64,000 nt of DNA, taken from contig CAWDMF010000013.1 in the NCBI GenBank assembly GCA_963803185.1, forward strand, positions 12,067-76,066, given 5' to 3'. The notes under the pieces are model-generated. The model saw nothing but the letters and a program-made list of their open reading frames with translations, did no database searches and was not told the origin of the DNA. Source of the stretch: an uncultured Gammaproteobacteria bacterium. Lineage in GTDB: Bacteria > Pseudomonadota > Gammaproteobacteria > SZUA-229. A program made the translations under genes and the position numbers. Each line of letters opens with the position of its first letter. Position 1 is the first letter of the stretch. Shown piece after piece: positions 1 through 9,423 of the stretch.

Positions 1-409
1 AAAATTACGCGATATGTACCAGGACTGGCCCTATTTCAAAGCCTTACTAAGTAACACTGAAATGGCTTTATATAAAGCGGATATGCGAACTGCAAAAGAG
101 TATTCAGAGCTGTGCCTTTCGAAAGAAACCGGTCAGCGCATCTATGAAATGATAAGAGATGAACACGACCGCACACTGGAAATAACACTAAAAGTAGCAA
201 ATATGGAACACCTGCTGGATGACATCCCGCCGTTAGCGCTATCATTAATGCGTCGTGACCCTTATCTCGATCCATTGAACCATATACAAATCAGACTGTT
301 AAAACGCTATCGGGATGAGTCATTAGACAAGGAAGAGCGCGAGAAGTGGCTGAAACCCTTATTGCGCAGCATTAATGCCATTGCTGCCGGGATGCGCAAC
401 ACCGGTTAA
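1..409 (+). CDS. ppc: phosphoenolpyruvate carboxylase, C-terminal fragment (5' end outside window)
   Basis: ORF ends ...INAIAAGMRNTG, the conserved PEPC C-terminus; DWPYF...LEMALYKAD block matches PEPC. Confidence 0.85.
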   Translation, partial: KLRDMYQDWPYFKALLSNTEMALYKADMRTAKEYSELCLSKETGQRIYEMIRDEHDRTLEITLKVANMEHLLDDIPPLALSLMRRDPYLDPLNHIQIRLLKRYRDESLDKEEREKWLKPLLRSINAIAAGMRNTG

Positions 410-494
410 ACACAACGTAGCCAGTGCCACCCTAAAACCGAGTTTCATGACATAAATCAATAGTATTGCTTTCTGTCATTGTTATCATCGAAAA

Positions 495-878
495 ATGGAT
501 ACAATAACAATGATTGTAGGGGGCGCGCTTGTACTTTTAGTTACGCTATTCGCATTACGCCTGTCATATACTATCCTGATAAACCTGATCAATGGCCGTA
601 AATTTCACCATGCACTCGAACAGGAATTCAGCAAATTGCGTTTGAGCAATATGCTCACTGCACTGGGCATCAGTAAAACTGATTACATTTATCAGACCAG
701 CGTCAAAGACATAAACCAGCAAATGAAGAGTTGCTCGGACTGTAGAAATACCGGTGAATGTGACGAAAAATTAGCTGCGCCCAACGTCGATATAACTGAG
801 ATTGAGTTCTGTAATAATGAAGAACAGCTTAAAGAAATAAAGCATCTTCAATCGAAAAAAGAATCCGCCCACGAATAG
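495..878 (+). CDS. hypothetical membrane-anchored protein with CxxC-containing C-terminal region
   Basis: 127 aa ORF, N-terminal TM helix, CSDCRNTGEC motif; no recognisable family. Confidence 0.4.
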   Translation: MDTITMIVGGALVLLVTLFALRLSYTILINLINGRKFHHALEQEFSKLRLSNMLTALGISKTDYIYQTSVKDINQQMKSCSDCRNTGECDEKLAAPNVDITEIEFCNNEEQLKEIKHLQSKKESAHE

Positions 879-1007
879 TGCGAAAAGAGCAAAAAAGCCT
901 TATAACTTCAAGCAAGGTATGCATTTTTATACTGCACACGTGTAATAACACCAGAACCTGGTAACCGCGTGAGCATAACAACACCTGCCCACCCGTATGG
1001 ACACTAT

Positions 1008-1388
1008 TTACGCTACCTGAACAGGTATTTGATTCGAGGTACGAATAACCTGATTCGCGCCATCAAGGTAAACCAGTGTCGGTTTAAAATTGGCCACCTC
1101 ATGCTGAGACAATCGAGCATAACAACAGATAATCACCCGGTCACCTTTATTGGCTTTATGCGCCGCCGCGCCATTCACTGAAATCACACCACTGCCTGCT
1201 GCTGCCTGAATAGCATAGGTGGTAAAACGTTCACCATTGTTTAAATTATAAATATGAATCTGCTCATACTCATTGATGCCCGCCGCAGACAGCAAGTCTG
1301 AGTCAATTGCGCAGGAGCCTTCATATTCCAGTTCGGTGAGTGTTACCGTCGCCTGGTGAAGCTTTGATTTTAAAAGTGTAATTTCCAT
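1008..1388 (-). CDS. panD: aspartate 1-decarboxylase
   Basis: LHxATVT..[10 protein letters not shown]...ISVNGAAAH motifs typical of PanD; 126 aa. Confidence 0.9.
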   Translation of the reverse strand: MEITLLKSKLHQATVTLTELEYEGSCAIDSDLLSAAGINEYEQIHIYNLNNGERFTTYAIQAAAGSGVISVNGAAAHKANKGDRVIICCYARLSQHEVANFKPTLVYLDGANQVIRTSNQIPVQVA

Positions 1389-1655
1389 AGATTTATGATC
1401 TTTGGCCTAATCTGTTAATTCATGTGAGTGCCGTAATACAGCATAGTCACCATCAATACCTGTATTATCGGCTATCCACGCTATTGCTTCAAGTCCAGTC
1501 CGGGGAGGCTGTCCGGGAACAATAAACTATAAAATGCCCCGCGCCGGGGGTGGAGGAGTCAATTTACAACATTTTGTGGCTGATATTCGATATTCTTTGT
1601 CTTGTGAGGCCAGGCCCAGGCCCGAAAGAAGTTGATTCAAGCCCAGTCGCGCAAC

Positions 1656-2519
1656 TCAGGAATCGATGGTAAATATTATATTATCGATTAATCGTGTTTT
1701 ACCTAATTTTGCCGCCGCCAGTATGACCAGTTCCTGATTTAGAGTTATCTCATCATTTGATACTTTTTCCAGCCGGCTGGTTTCCCTGAGCGTTACATAA
1801 TCCACAATAAAGCCATGGCTTTCTAAGGCTTCAACACAGGCATTTTCCGCCTGTACTATGTCTGCACCCTGCTCAATTTGACAACGACAGAGCATGAGAG
1901 ATTCTGACAAAATCCGACTAGTTTCTCTTTCAGCAGGACTCAGATAATTATTACGAGAACTTTTCGCCAGTCCATCTGCTTCACGTTTCGTCTGACCACC
2001 TATAATTTCAATCGGTAAATTCAAATCATTGACCATCTGCCGAATAACAAGTAATTGCTGAAAATCTTTTTCACCAAAAACAGCAATATCCGGCTGCACC
2101 ATGTTAAACAGTTTTAAAACAACCGTGGCCACCCCTTTAAAAAAACCAGGACGAAACTCGCCTTCAATGATATGAGACAAAACCGGCACTTCAACATAAG
2201 CACTGTGCTGTTCACCATCAGGATAAATTATCGCGTCATCCGGGGTAAAAACTAAATCAACACCCATGGCCTGCAGATTTTTTAAATCCTGTTCCAGCGT
2301 GCGCGGATAACTCGCAAAATCTTCACCCGGTGAAAACTGTAAAGGATTGACATAAACACTGACCACAACACGTGATGCTTTTTGTTGGGCAATTTCTACC
2401 AGAGACAAATGACCTTGATGCAAATTACCCATCGTAGGGACAAACGCAATGGTCTCATTGTCGCTATGCCACTCGCTAATCTGCTTGCGCAATTGCCCTA
2501 TGTTTTGACAGCTTTGCAT
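1656..2519 (-). CDS. panC: pantoate--beta-alanine ligase
   Basis: VPTMGNLHQGHLSL motif, 287 aa, adjacent to panB/panD. Confidence 0.9.
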   Translation of the reverse strand: MQSCQNIGQLRKQISEWHSDNETIAFVPTMGNLHQGHLSLVEIAQQKASRVVVSVYVNPLQFSPGEDFASYPRTLEQDLKNLQAMGVDLVFTPDDAIIYPDGEQHSAYVEVPVLSHIIEGEFRPGFFKGVATVVLKLFNMVQPDIAVFGEKDFQQLLVIRQMVNDLNLPIEIIGGQTKREADGLAKSSRNNYLSPAERETSRILSESLMLCRCQIEQGADIVQAENACVEALESHGFIVDYVTLRETSRLEKVSNDEITLNQELVILAAAKLGKTRLIDNIIFTIDS

Positions 2520-2539
2520 TGTCTTATAAAGAAGTATTG

Positions 2540-3358
2540 TTAATTGAACACATGTTCAGCAGCAGGAAACTCTGCCTTTTTAACAGCTGAGACATACTGT
2601 TGAATGGCTTGTTCAATACTGTTTGAAGATATCATAAAATTTTTACTGAACTTTGGTCGCATACCCAGGCTAATGTCAAGAATGTCATATAACACTAAAA
2701 TTTGACCATCACAGTTAAGACTTGCGCCGATACCTATAACTGGAATATCCAGGGCTTCGGTTATTTTACTGGCCAGAATATCCGGCACACATTCAAGCAA
2801 CATTAAATCCGCGCCTGCCTGCTGCAAAATTAATGCATCTTTTAGTATTTTATCGGCCGCCCCTGCATCACGACCCTGTACCCGATAGCCGCCAATTTTA
2901 TGCACATATTGCGGTTGCAAACCCAGGTGCGCACAAACAGGAATACCATTTTTATTTAAAGCAGAAACGGTTTCTGCCTGGTCCACACCGCCTTCAAGTT
3001 TAACCATATGGGCACCACCCTGTTTCATAAACAGACCTGCATTCAATACCGCCTGTTCTTCAGAGGTGAAACTTAAAAAAGGCATGTCCGTAACTAACAG
3101 TGCATTTTTCAGCCCTTTAGCAACGCATTGCGTGTGATACAACATATCGTCAACAGAAACCGGTAAAGTCGTTTCTTCACCCTGAATAACCATGCCTAAA
3201 GAATCACCAACAAGCACAACATCAACACCTGATTTTTCCAGCAATTGCGCAAAGCTGGCATCATAAGCCGTTAAACAGGCAATTTTTTCTTTAGCCTGTT
3301 TCATTTCCGCTAATCGACGGACAGTTACTTTTTTTCTGCTATCTGTTTGTGCGCTCAT
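2540..3358 (-). CDS. panB: 3-methyl-2-oxobutanoate hydroxymethyltransferase
   Basis: CLTAYDASFA ... VLVGDSLGMV motifs, 272 aa. Confidence 0.9.
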   Translation of the reverse strand: MSAQTDSRKKVTVRRLAEMKQAKEKIACLTAYDASFAQLLEKSGVDVVLVGDSLGMVIQGEETTLPVSVDDMLYHTQCVAKGLKNALLVTDMPFLSFTSEEQAVLNAGLFMKQGGAHMVKLEGGVDQAETVSALNKNGIPVCAHLGLQPQYVHKIGGYRVQGRDAGAADKILKDALILQQAGADLMLLECVPDILASKITEALDIPVIGIGASLNCDGQILVLYDILDISLGMRPKFSKNFMISSNSIEQAIQQYVSAVKKAEFPAAEHVFN

Positions 3359-3372
3359 TAGTTACTCAAATA

Positions 3373-3445
3373 TTAGTTGTATGTTTTAAGTTGTATGTTA
3401 TAGGTTTTTAACTGCTAACTTAAAACTTTCAACTTATAACTAATG
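3373..3445. repeat. AT-rich inverted-repeat element (family 2: AAGTTGT/AACTTAT heptamer arms)
   Basis: gttgtatgttttaagttgtatgtta ... taacttaaaactttcaacttataac arms flanking short spacer; related copy at 7479-7608. Confidence 0.6.
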
Positions 3446-3447
3446 TT

Positions 3448-4137
3448 TTATAAAGCGACCTGTGTCGGGTTAAAATAATGCCGTCCCGACTGCACTTCAA
3501 TAATTTGCTGGTGTAATAATAAATAATCTGCATCATTATTTGCAAAATCAATGTCTGCTGCATTAACGATTAATAATGGTGCATTATTATACAAATAAAA
3601 AAATTGAATGTAAGCGTCACATAATCGTTGTAAATATGCAGCCTCTATAAAGCGCTCATGCTTTAAACCTCGCTTTTGAATTCGTTCCAGCAATACTTCC
3701 ACCGGTGCCTGCAAATAAACTACAAGGTCAGGTCTTGGCATATCAATGGTTAAACTGGCGTAAACCTGTTCATACAAATCAAGTTCATCAGAACTTAAAG
3801 TGAGTTCTGCAAATAATCGGTCTTTCTCAATAAGATAATCAGCGACACGCACAGGGTTAAACATATCCCCCTGTTTCATTGCTTTTAACTGACGTGCCCG
3901 TTGCAACAAAAAAAACAACTGCGTTGGCAGTGCCGCCGCAGCGGGGTTTTCATAAAACTTTTCCAGAAAAGGGTTTTCATCTGCGCCTTCAAGTAGTAGA
4001 TCACTACCAAATGAAGATGCGAGTTTATTAGCCAGTGTTGTCTTACCGACACCTATCGGGCCTTCGATAACAATAAAACCGGGGACTTCACGCTTTAAAG
4101 CTAATTCAGATTCACTATGTTCGAGCTGAGAACCCAT
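3448..4137 (-). CDS. deoxynucleoside kinase family protein
   Basis: P-loop IVIEGPIGVGKTT, dNK-family ERF/ lid motifs, 229 aa. Confidence 0.7.
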   Translation of the reverse strand: MGSQLEHSESELALKREVPGFIVIEGPIGVGKTTLANKLASSFGSDLLLEGADENPFLEKFYENPAAAALPTQLFFLLQRARQLKAMKQGDMFNPVRVADYLIEKDRLFAELTLSSDELDLYEQVYASLTIDMPRPDLVVYLQAPVEVLLERIQKRGLKHERFIEAAYLQRLCDAYIQFFYLYNNAPLLIVNAADIDFANNDADYLLLHQQIIEVQSGRHYFNPTQVAL

Positions 4138-4143
4138 ACAATT

Positions 4144-4665
4144 TTACCTGTTTATACTGCCAACAAACTGGCAGGCAAAATCAGAGCTTACATCGCCCGT
4201 TAATTTCACCATGCTATTTAATTTTCCTTTGCCAGGCAAATCTATCTCAGGCTTTATTTTCAACAACGGCAGATAAACAAAGTCACGTTGACAAATACCC
4301 GGATGCGGCACGCACAATTCCCGGGTATTAATTTGCTGGTCAGCATATAACAAAATATCCAGATCAATAGTACGCTCACCCCAATGACGCCTTTTAACGC
4401 GGTGTTGCTGTTTTTCTATTTGCTGGCAATGTTTCAATAATTGACTAACACCTATTGTAGTTTCTAACTCAATAACAGCATTCACATAATCCGGCTGATC
4501 TTCAGGCCCCATCGGCTTGCTTTTAAAATAGCCTGAGTCTGTTTTCACTTCCGTGCCCGCTAAATTATTTAATGCGATGATCGCATTTTTTATTTGCTGA
4601 TATGGCTGCTCTAAATTACTGCCCAGTCCAATGTAAGCAATTTTGGTTTTGTGGCTTAAAGGCAC
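4144..4665 (-). CDS. folK: 2-amino-4-hydroxy-6-hydroxymethyldihydropteridine pyrophosphokinase
   Basis: YIGLGSNL ... RTIDLDILLY ... motifs of HPPK; downstream of pcnB as in E. coli. Confidence 0.85.
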   Translation of the reverse strand: MPLSHKTKIAYIGLGSNLEQPYQQIKNAIIALNNLAGTEVKTDSGYFKSKPMGPEDQPDYVNAVIELETTIGVSQLLKHCQQIEKQQHRVKRRHWGERTIDLDILLYADQQINTRELCVPHPGICQRDFVYLPLLKIKPEIDLPGKGKLNSMVKLTGDVSSDFACQFVGSINR

Positions 4666-4690
4666 CTCTATTCAATCCTGCTGTTCTGGC

Positions 4691-6169
4691 CTACTGAGCT
4701 GGTTTATTAGCTTTTTTCCTGCCTGGCGAGCGGCGAGACCTGGCACCACTTGCCGATCGTTTTTTCGGCGTGGAAAACAGTAGCTTTCTCTGTTGCTCTG
4801 CTGTCTGTTGCTGTATCTCCGTCCACCATTGACAGTCCTGTTGTAAATTGTCATCCGCAGTGTCTTCAACTGCTTGCGCACGAATACATAAAAAATCATA
4901 TCCCGCGCGAAATTTTTCGTGCTCTAATACAGCTATTGCACGTTTTCCTGCACGATAATGAAACCGGGTTTGCAAGCCCCAGATATCCCGCATGGTTGAA
5001 GTAAATCGCTTGGGTATCGAAACACTGGCCGCTTGTTGGCTTAATATTTTAGTCGCTACCTTTTGTATGGCAACAGAGTACGGCATACCCTTAGCAACAA
5101 TTTCTTTGGTGCGTGAGTTCACTGGCTGCCATAACAATGCTGCCAGTAAAAAGGCAGGTGTAACACGCATGTCATTTTTAATACGATCATCGGTGCTTTT
5201 CATGGCGATGAACAGCACCTTTTTAACACTTTCATCCTGCTTGATCGATTTATCTGCCTCGGGAAACAAATATTGAAGTAAATCAAATTCCAGTAGCAAT
5301 TCAAAACTACGAACAGCGTTGCCCGAATGAAACAGTTTTAATACTTCTTCATACAACCTGGCGGCGGGAATATCATTCAATAAATGGCCCAATTCGTAAA
5401 TCGGTAATTTACTGGCTTCATCAATAGCAAAATCCAGCTTGGCTGAAAAACGAAGCGCACGTAACATTCTTACCGGATCTTCTCGATAACGGGTTTCTAC
5501 ATCACCAATTAAATGCAACCGCTTCTGCTTTATGTCCTCAAATCCACCAACAAAATCGATTACACTAAAATCGGAAATATCGTAATACAGGGCATTGGCG
5601 GTAAAATCCCGACGCCAGACATCTTCCGCCAGTTCACCAAAAACATTATCTCGAACAATACGACCGCTTTCATTCTGGATACCCGATGGTGTGAGATCAT
5701 GACTAGCGCGATAGGTGGCGACTTCGATAATCTGCCGGCCAAAATGAACATGTGCAAGTCGAAAACGACGACCAATTAATCGACAGTTACGAAATAATTT
5801 ATTTACCTGCTCCGGTGTGGCATCAGTCGCCACGTCAAAATCTTTTGGTGTAAGACCCAACAATAAATCACGGACCGCACCACCAACCAGGCAGGCGTGG
5901 TAACCGGCTTTATGCAAACGATACAAAACTTTTAACGCGTGATCATCGATGTTGTCGCGCGAGATGCCATGCTCGCCACGACTAAAAATAACCACATCAT
6001 GGCTTACCGAATTTTTCGCTGTACTGCTTGCTGTAGTGCGCTTTGTTTTACTTGCCGTCTTGCTTTTTGCCTTTCTTTTATTCGGACGATCACCGGCAGC
6101 ATGCGGCACTGAAGGTGACCGCTTAGATGACGAGTGTTTTTTCTTTAATGACTTTATCCAGTTCAGCAT
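4691..6169 (-). CDS. pcnB: poly(A) polymerase I (start codon uncertain)
   Basis: LVGGAVRDLLLG...DFDVAT nucleotidyltransferase head, basic C-terminal tail, 492 aa. Confidence 0.85.
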   Translation of the reverse strand: MLNWIKSLKKKHSSSKRSPSVPHAAGDRPNKRKAKSKTASKTKRTTASSTAKNSVSHDVVIFSRGEHGISRDNIDDHALKVLYRLHKAGYHACLVGGAVRDLLLGLTPKDFDVATDATPEQVNKLFRNCRLIGRRFRLAHVHFGRQIIEVATYRASHDLTPSGIQNESGRIVRDNVFGELAEDVWRRDFTANALYYDISDFSVIDFVGGFEDIKQKRLHLIGDVETRYREDPVRMLRALRFSAKLDFAIDEASKLPIYELGHLLNDIPAARLYEEVLKLFHSGNAVRSFELLLEFDLLQYLFPEADKSIKQDESVKKVLFIAMKSTDDRIKNDMRVTPAFLLAALLWQPVNSRTKEIVAKGMPYSVAIQKVATKILSQQAASVSIPKRFTSTMRDIWGLQTRFHYRAGKRAIAVLEHEKFRAGYDFLCIRAQAVEDTADDNLQQDCQWWTEIQQQTAEQQRKLLFSTPKKRSASGARSRRSPGRKKANKPAQ

Positions 6170-6247
6170 GTTTATATCAATCTTTCTTAATCAGCATCTT
6201 TAATCCAGCTTTTTTTATTAATCCCGCTTCTATTAATCCCGCTTCTA

Positions 6248-6916
6248 TTAATCAATTTCTTTCAATATCAAGGTTAAGCCATCACCGATGGTGAGCAGAC
6301 TTTGACTGACACGATCATCATCTTTTAGCATGTCGTTAAAACGGCGAATGGCGCGCGTTCCAGGTTCCTTATTTTCAGTATCTGCAACTGCACCCGACCA
6401 CAAGGTGTTATCGACAGCAATGATTCCACCTTTTCTCAACAGGCGTAGTGCCATTTCATAATACATGATGTAGTTTTGCTTATCGGCATCAATAAAAATA
6501 AAGTCAAATGACTTTTCGCCGCCATCATCAAGCAACATCTGTAATGTCTGCTCTGCCGGCTGGATATGTAAATCAATTTTATTCTCTAGCCCAGCCAAAA
6601 CCCAGTACTTTTTGGCAATGTCTGTCCACTGTGGTGATATATCACAACAGATCAGCTTGCCATTTTCAGGCATGGCGCTGGCGACACAGATTGAGCTATA
6701 ACCGGTAAAAGTACCAATCTCGATGGCACATTTTGCCCCCATCAATTTAATCAACAATGACATAAACTGACCCTGCTCAGGCGAAATTTGCATCACAGAA
6801 TACTCTATTTTTGCGGTTTCTTCACGCAACTGTCGCAACAGCTCTGGCTCATTAATAGAAACGTCACAAAGATAGTCGTAGATGCGGTCATCAATTGACA
6901 GCGTTCGATTGCTCAA
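6248..6916 (-). CDS. class I SAM-dependent O-methyltransferase (caffeoyl-CoA OMT-like); likely TTG/alternative start near 6916, long ORF to 7000
   Basis: IEIGTFTGYSS ... FDFIFIDADK motifs of O-methyltransferase family 3. Confidence 0.7.
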   Translation of the reverse strand: MSNRTLSIDDRIYDYLCDVSINEPELLRQLREETAKIEYSVMQISPEQGQFMSLLIKLMGAKCAIEIGTFTGYSSICVASAMPENGKLICCDISPQWTDIAKKYWVLAGLENKIDLHIQPAEQTLQMLLDDGGEKSFDFIFIDADKQNYIMYYEMALRLLRKGGIIAVDNTLWSGAVADTENKEPGTRAIRRFNDMLKDDDRVSQSLLTIGDGLTLILKEID

Positions 6917-7039
6917 GAAAAAACACCCTGAAAAAACTCGATTTATAATTAATCGAAAATTATACCAAAAACAGAGACTTATAACACGGCGTAGTGCCAA
7001 TATTTGTTATATATACTCAGCCGAAACGCTTTATGACTA

Positions 7040-7474
7040 TTACAAAGGTAATTTTATTGTACCATTCAGTCGATATTCACAGTAATCCTGCAGAATCTGC
7101 CGATGATCAAATGCCAGTTCAACATCGACATTAAATGGATCAAACAACGCAATATCTTTAGCATCATCAGCTGCAACAGGTTTTCCAGCGGCACTGCCAA
7201 CAAATACAGCACAGGCCGTATGCCCTCTAAAGTCACGCTTGGGGTCTGAATAAATACCAAGCAAAATATCAAGATCGACTTCCAGGCTGGTCTCTTCAAG
7301 CGCCTCACGCTGTGCTGCAGTTGCAATGGTTTCCCCGACTTCAACAAACCCACCTGGAATTGCCCAGCCATAAGGTTCGTATTTCCGTTCAATAAGGACA
7401 ATCGGCTTATCATCGAACATTGGTATTTCAATGATGACATCGGCGGTAATGAGTGGCGTGACAGGTTTGGTCAT
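7040..7474 (-). CDS. NUDIX hydrolase
   Basis: [24 protein letters not shown] Nudix box, 144 aa. Confidence 0.75.
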   Translation of the reverse strand: MTKPVTPLITADVIIEIPMFDDKPIVLIERKYEPYGWAIPGGFVEVGETIATAAQREALEETSLEVDLDILLGIYSDPKRDFRGHTACAVFVGSAAGKPVAADDAKDIALFDPFNVDVELAFDHRQILQDYCEYRLNGTIKLPL

Positions 7475-7478
7475 TTTA

Positions 7479-7608
7479 TTAGTTGTAAGTTTTAAGTTTT
7501 AAGTTCATTGTAAAAAAACCGTTATAATTATCAAGCAGTTTTATATTATTAACTTGCAACTTTTAACTTACAACTTAAAACTTATAACTTATAACTTATT
7601 TTTAAAGT
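7479..7608. repeat. AT-rich inverted-repeat element (family 2), overlaps last codons of hslR
   Basis: gttgtaagttttaagttttaagtt ... aacttacaacttaaaacttataacttataac inverted arms around 60-bp spacer. Confidence 0.6.
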
Positions 7609-7975
7609 TTCGCAACTGCTCGCGTTCATGCTTACCGGGTTTACGCTTTGGCACCGGTCTCGTGGCTGAAGCCAGTTTTTTCATTTTCTGTTCCTGCTCA
7701 CGTTTTAACCGACTTAGCTCAGATTCTTCATAGCTTAAACAAGCTTCTTTCGCCGGTCGCCGCGTTTTATTGATGCCGGTAATGGTCACTTCATATAAAT
7801 CATAATTTTTCTGAATAGATAAAACATCACCTATTTTGACCAGCCGCCCGGCTTTAACGCGCTGTCCATTTAAATGAACCTTACCACCATTAACAGCATT
7901 ACTAGCCAATGCCCGAGTTTTAAAAAATCGAGAGGTCCACAACCACTTATCAATTCTAATTCCGTCTTTTGTCAT
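7589..7975 (-). CDS. hslR: ribosome-associated heat shock protein Hsp15 (S4 domain)
   Basis: IRIDKWLWTSRFFKTRALA S4 RNA-binding N-terminus, basic C-terminal tail. Confidence 0.75.
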   Translation of the reverse strand: MTKDGIRIDKWLWTSRFFKTRALASNAVNGGKVHLNGQRVKAGRLVKIGDVLSIQKNYDLYEVTITGINKTRRPAKEACLSYEESELSRLKREQEQKMKKLASATRPVPKRKPGKHEREQLRNFKNKL

Positions 7976-7989
7976 ATGCCGTTATTTTG

Positions 7990-8952
7990 TCAGATTAATA
8001 AAGCTATCCCAACGATGCCTAATAGCCACCACCAAAGACTGCTACTTTCCTGTTCAGGCTTTTCAGGCTCTTTAAGCTCTGTTTTTACCACAGGTTTAAT
8101 CACACCCGGTTTAATTTTCATTTTCCTGGGCACCGCTTTTGGCAATGGCACATAAGCGGTTTCACCTTTGGCGATGACTTCATTTCCCGCTTCATTATGC
8201 ACATTAACCAGGCCTTTGATCACTTCCAGATAAAGCCCGTCATCTGCATCAATGGTACCGCCACAGCCTTTGGACTGGAATACTCGCAAGGCATATTCTG
8301 TGCCACGCACACCAACACTGGCTAGCGGTGTTTTTAACTCATAAACATCTTCTGTCATTTTCCCGATCTTGCCGGTTATTTTTTTCAAACTGCCCTGTAG
8401 TAAATTCAGGATACTTTTGCGATTGCTGTTATTTAACGCGTATTCTTCAATCACCATAATACTGAAACACCTCAAATCCAGTATGGCTTCATCAATCATA
8501 CGAAGACGCACAGAACCGTTTTCGCCAGTAACAACCTTGTCACCTAAAAAGACCGGGGAACCAGTTGATAATTCTCGTGACACTTTCCTTTTATCAACCG
8601 CAATCACACTACCACTGTTTTCTACGACAATCCCTACCTGTTGTCTTTTTACCGGTTTTACCGGCTCAGAACGAACCACAACTTTTTGCGGTAAAGTCAG
8701 GCGCACACCTGCTTTCATCTGCGTTGGATCATTATTGATAAACGCATGTGGATTTTGTCGTACGATATCGTTAGTTATTTTCGGCCACTGTTTTACCCGA
8801 TTGGGATATAACTGTTTAACGATATTATGCAGTGTTTGCCCTTTTTGCACATGCAGATAGCGGATATCAGTGTTATAGGCTTCTTTGGCGAATGAGACCG
8901 ATGGATGAAAACCGAGTACAAATAAAAAAATCAATAACTTAACTAGGAACAT
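7990..8952 (-). CDS. secreted LysM-like/FecR-domain protein with C-terminal TM anchor
   Basis: Signal peptide, LHVQKGQTLHNIV LysM-like segment, FecR-like core (GDKVVTGENGSVRLRM), C-terminal hydrophobic helix. Confidence 0.5.
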   Translation of the reverse strand: MFLVKLLIFLFVLGFHPSVSFAKEAYNTDIRYLHVQKGQTLHNIVKQLYPNRVKQWPKITNDIVRQNPHAFINNDPTQMKAGVRLTLPQKVVVRSEPVKPVKRQQVGIVVENSGSVIAVDKRKVSRELSTGSPVFLGDKVVTGENGSVRLRMIDEAILDLRCFSIMVIEEYALNNSNRKSILNLLQGSLKKITGKIGKMTEDVYELKTPLASVGVRGTEYALRVFQSKGCGGTIDADDGLYLEVIKGLVNVHNEAGNEVIAKGETAYVPLPKAVPRKMKIKPGVIKPVVKTELKEPEKPEQESSSLWWWLLGIVGIALLI

Positions 8953-9076
8953 CTTTACTTTGGAGAGGTAGTTTGAATACTCAAAGTATAGCTATAGATG
9001 TTCTGTTTTTGAGAAATTCTTTACAATAATGCTAAGGAACCTCTGAATAAGTCATGAATCGACATCTTGTGATTAA

Positions 9077-9153
9077 AATGGCCTGCTTCAAGGCGTGTAA
9101 CGCGCGTAATAGCAGGGCTATTGCGAAGTTTCACAACGATGAAGCAGGCCATT
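9077..9153. repeat. hairpin (14-bp stem aatggcctgcttca / tgaagcaggccatt, about 45-nt loop)
   Basis: seen directly in sequence downstream of htpG. Confidence 0.5.
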
Positions 9154-9198
9154 TAACCGACAATCTGTTCGAACCAGACTTAATCAGAGATTCCCTAA

Positions 9199-9407
9199 AA
9201 CTTATTTAGTCCACGAAGCACGCACTAAAATGCCGGGAGCATTTTGAACGTACGCTAGTACGGTCCGAAGGACGTAGCACAGGAGGCGCGTAGTAAAACA
9301 CGCAAATATTTTTAAGCTAAAAAAAGCTTTTATCTGTGTTGACATGCAGGGATAGCGCTAATGTAGCCTGCGCATGGAGCGCAGGAGCTACCATCTGCGT
9401 GCATCTG
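9199..9407. repeat. degenerate copy of family-1 palindromic element (GAACGCAAAT-type)
   Basis: left arm ttatttagtccacgaagcacgcac, right arm catctgcgtgcatctgtggac resemble arms of copies at 14381, 22848, 53418. Confidence 0.45.
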
Positions 9408-9423
9408 TGGACTGCTATTTTCT

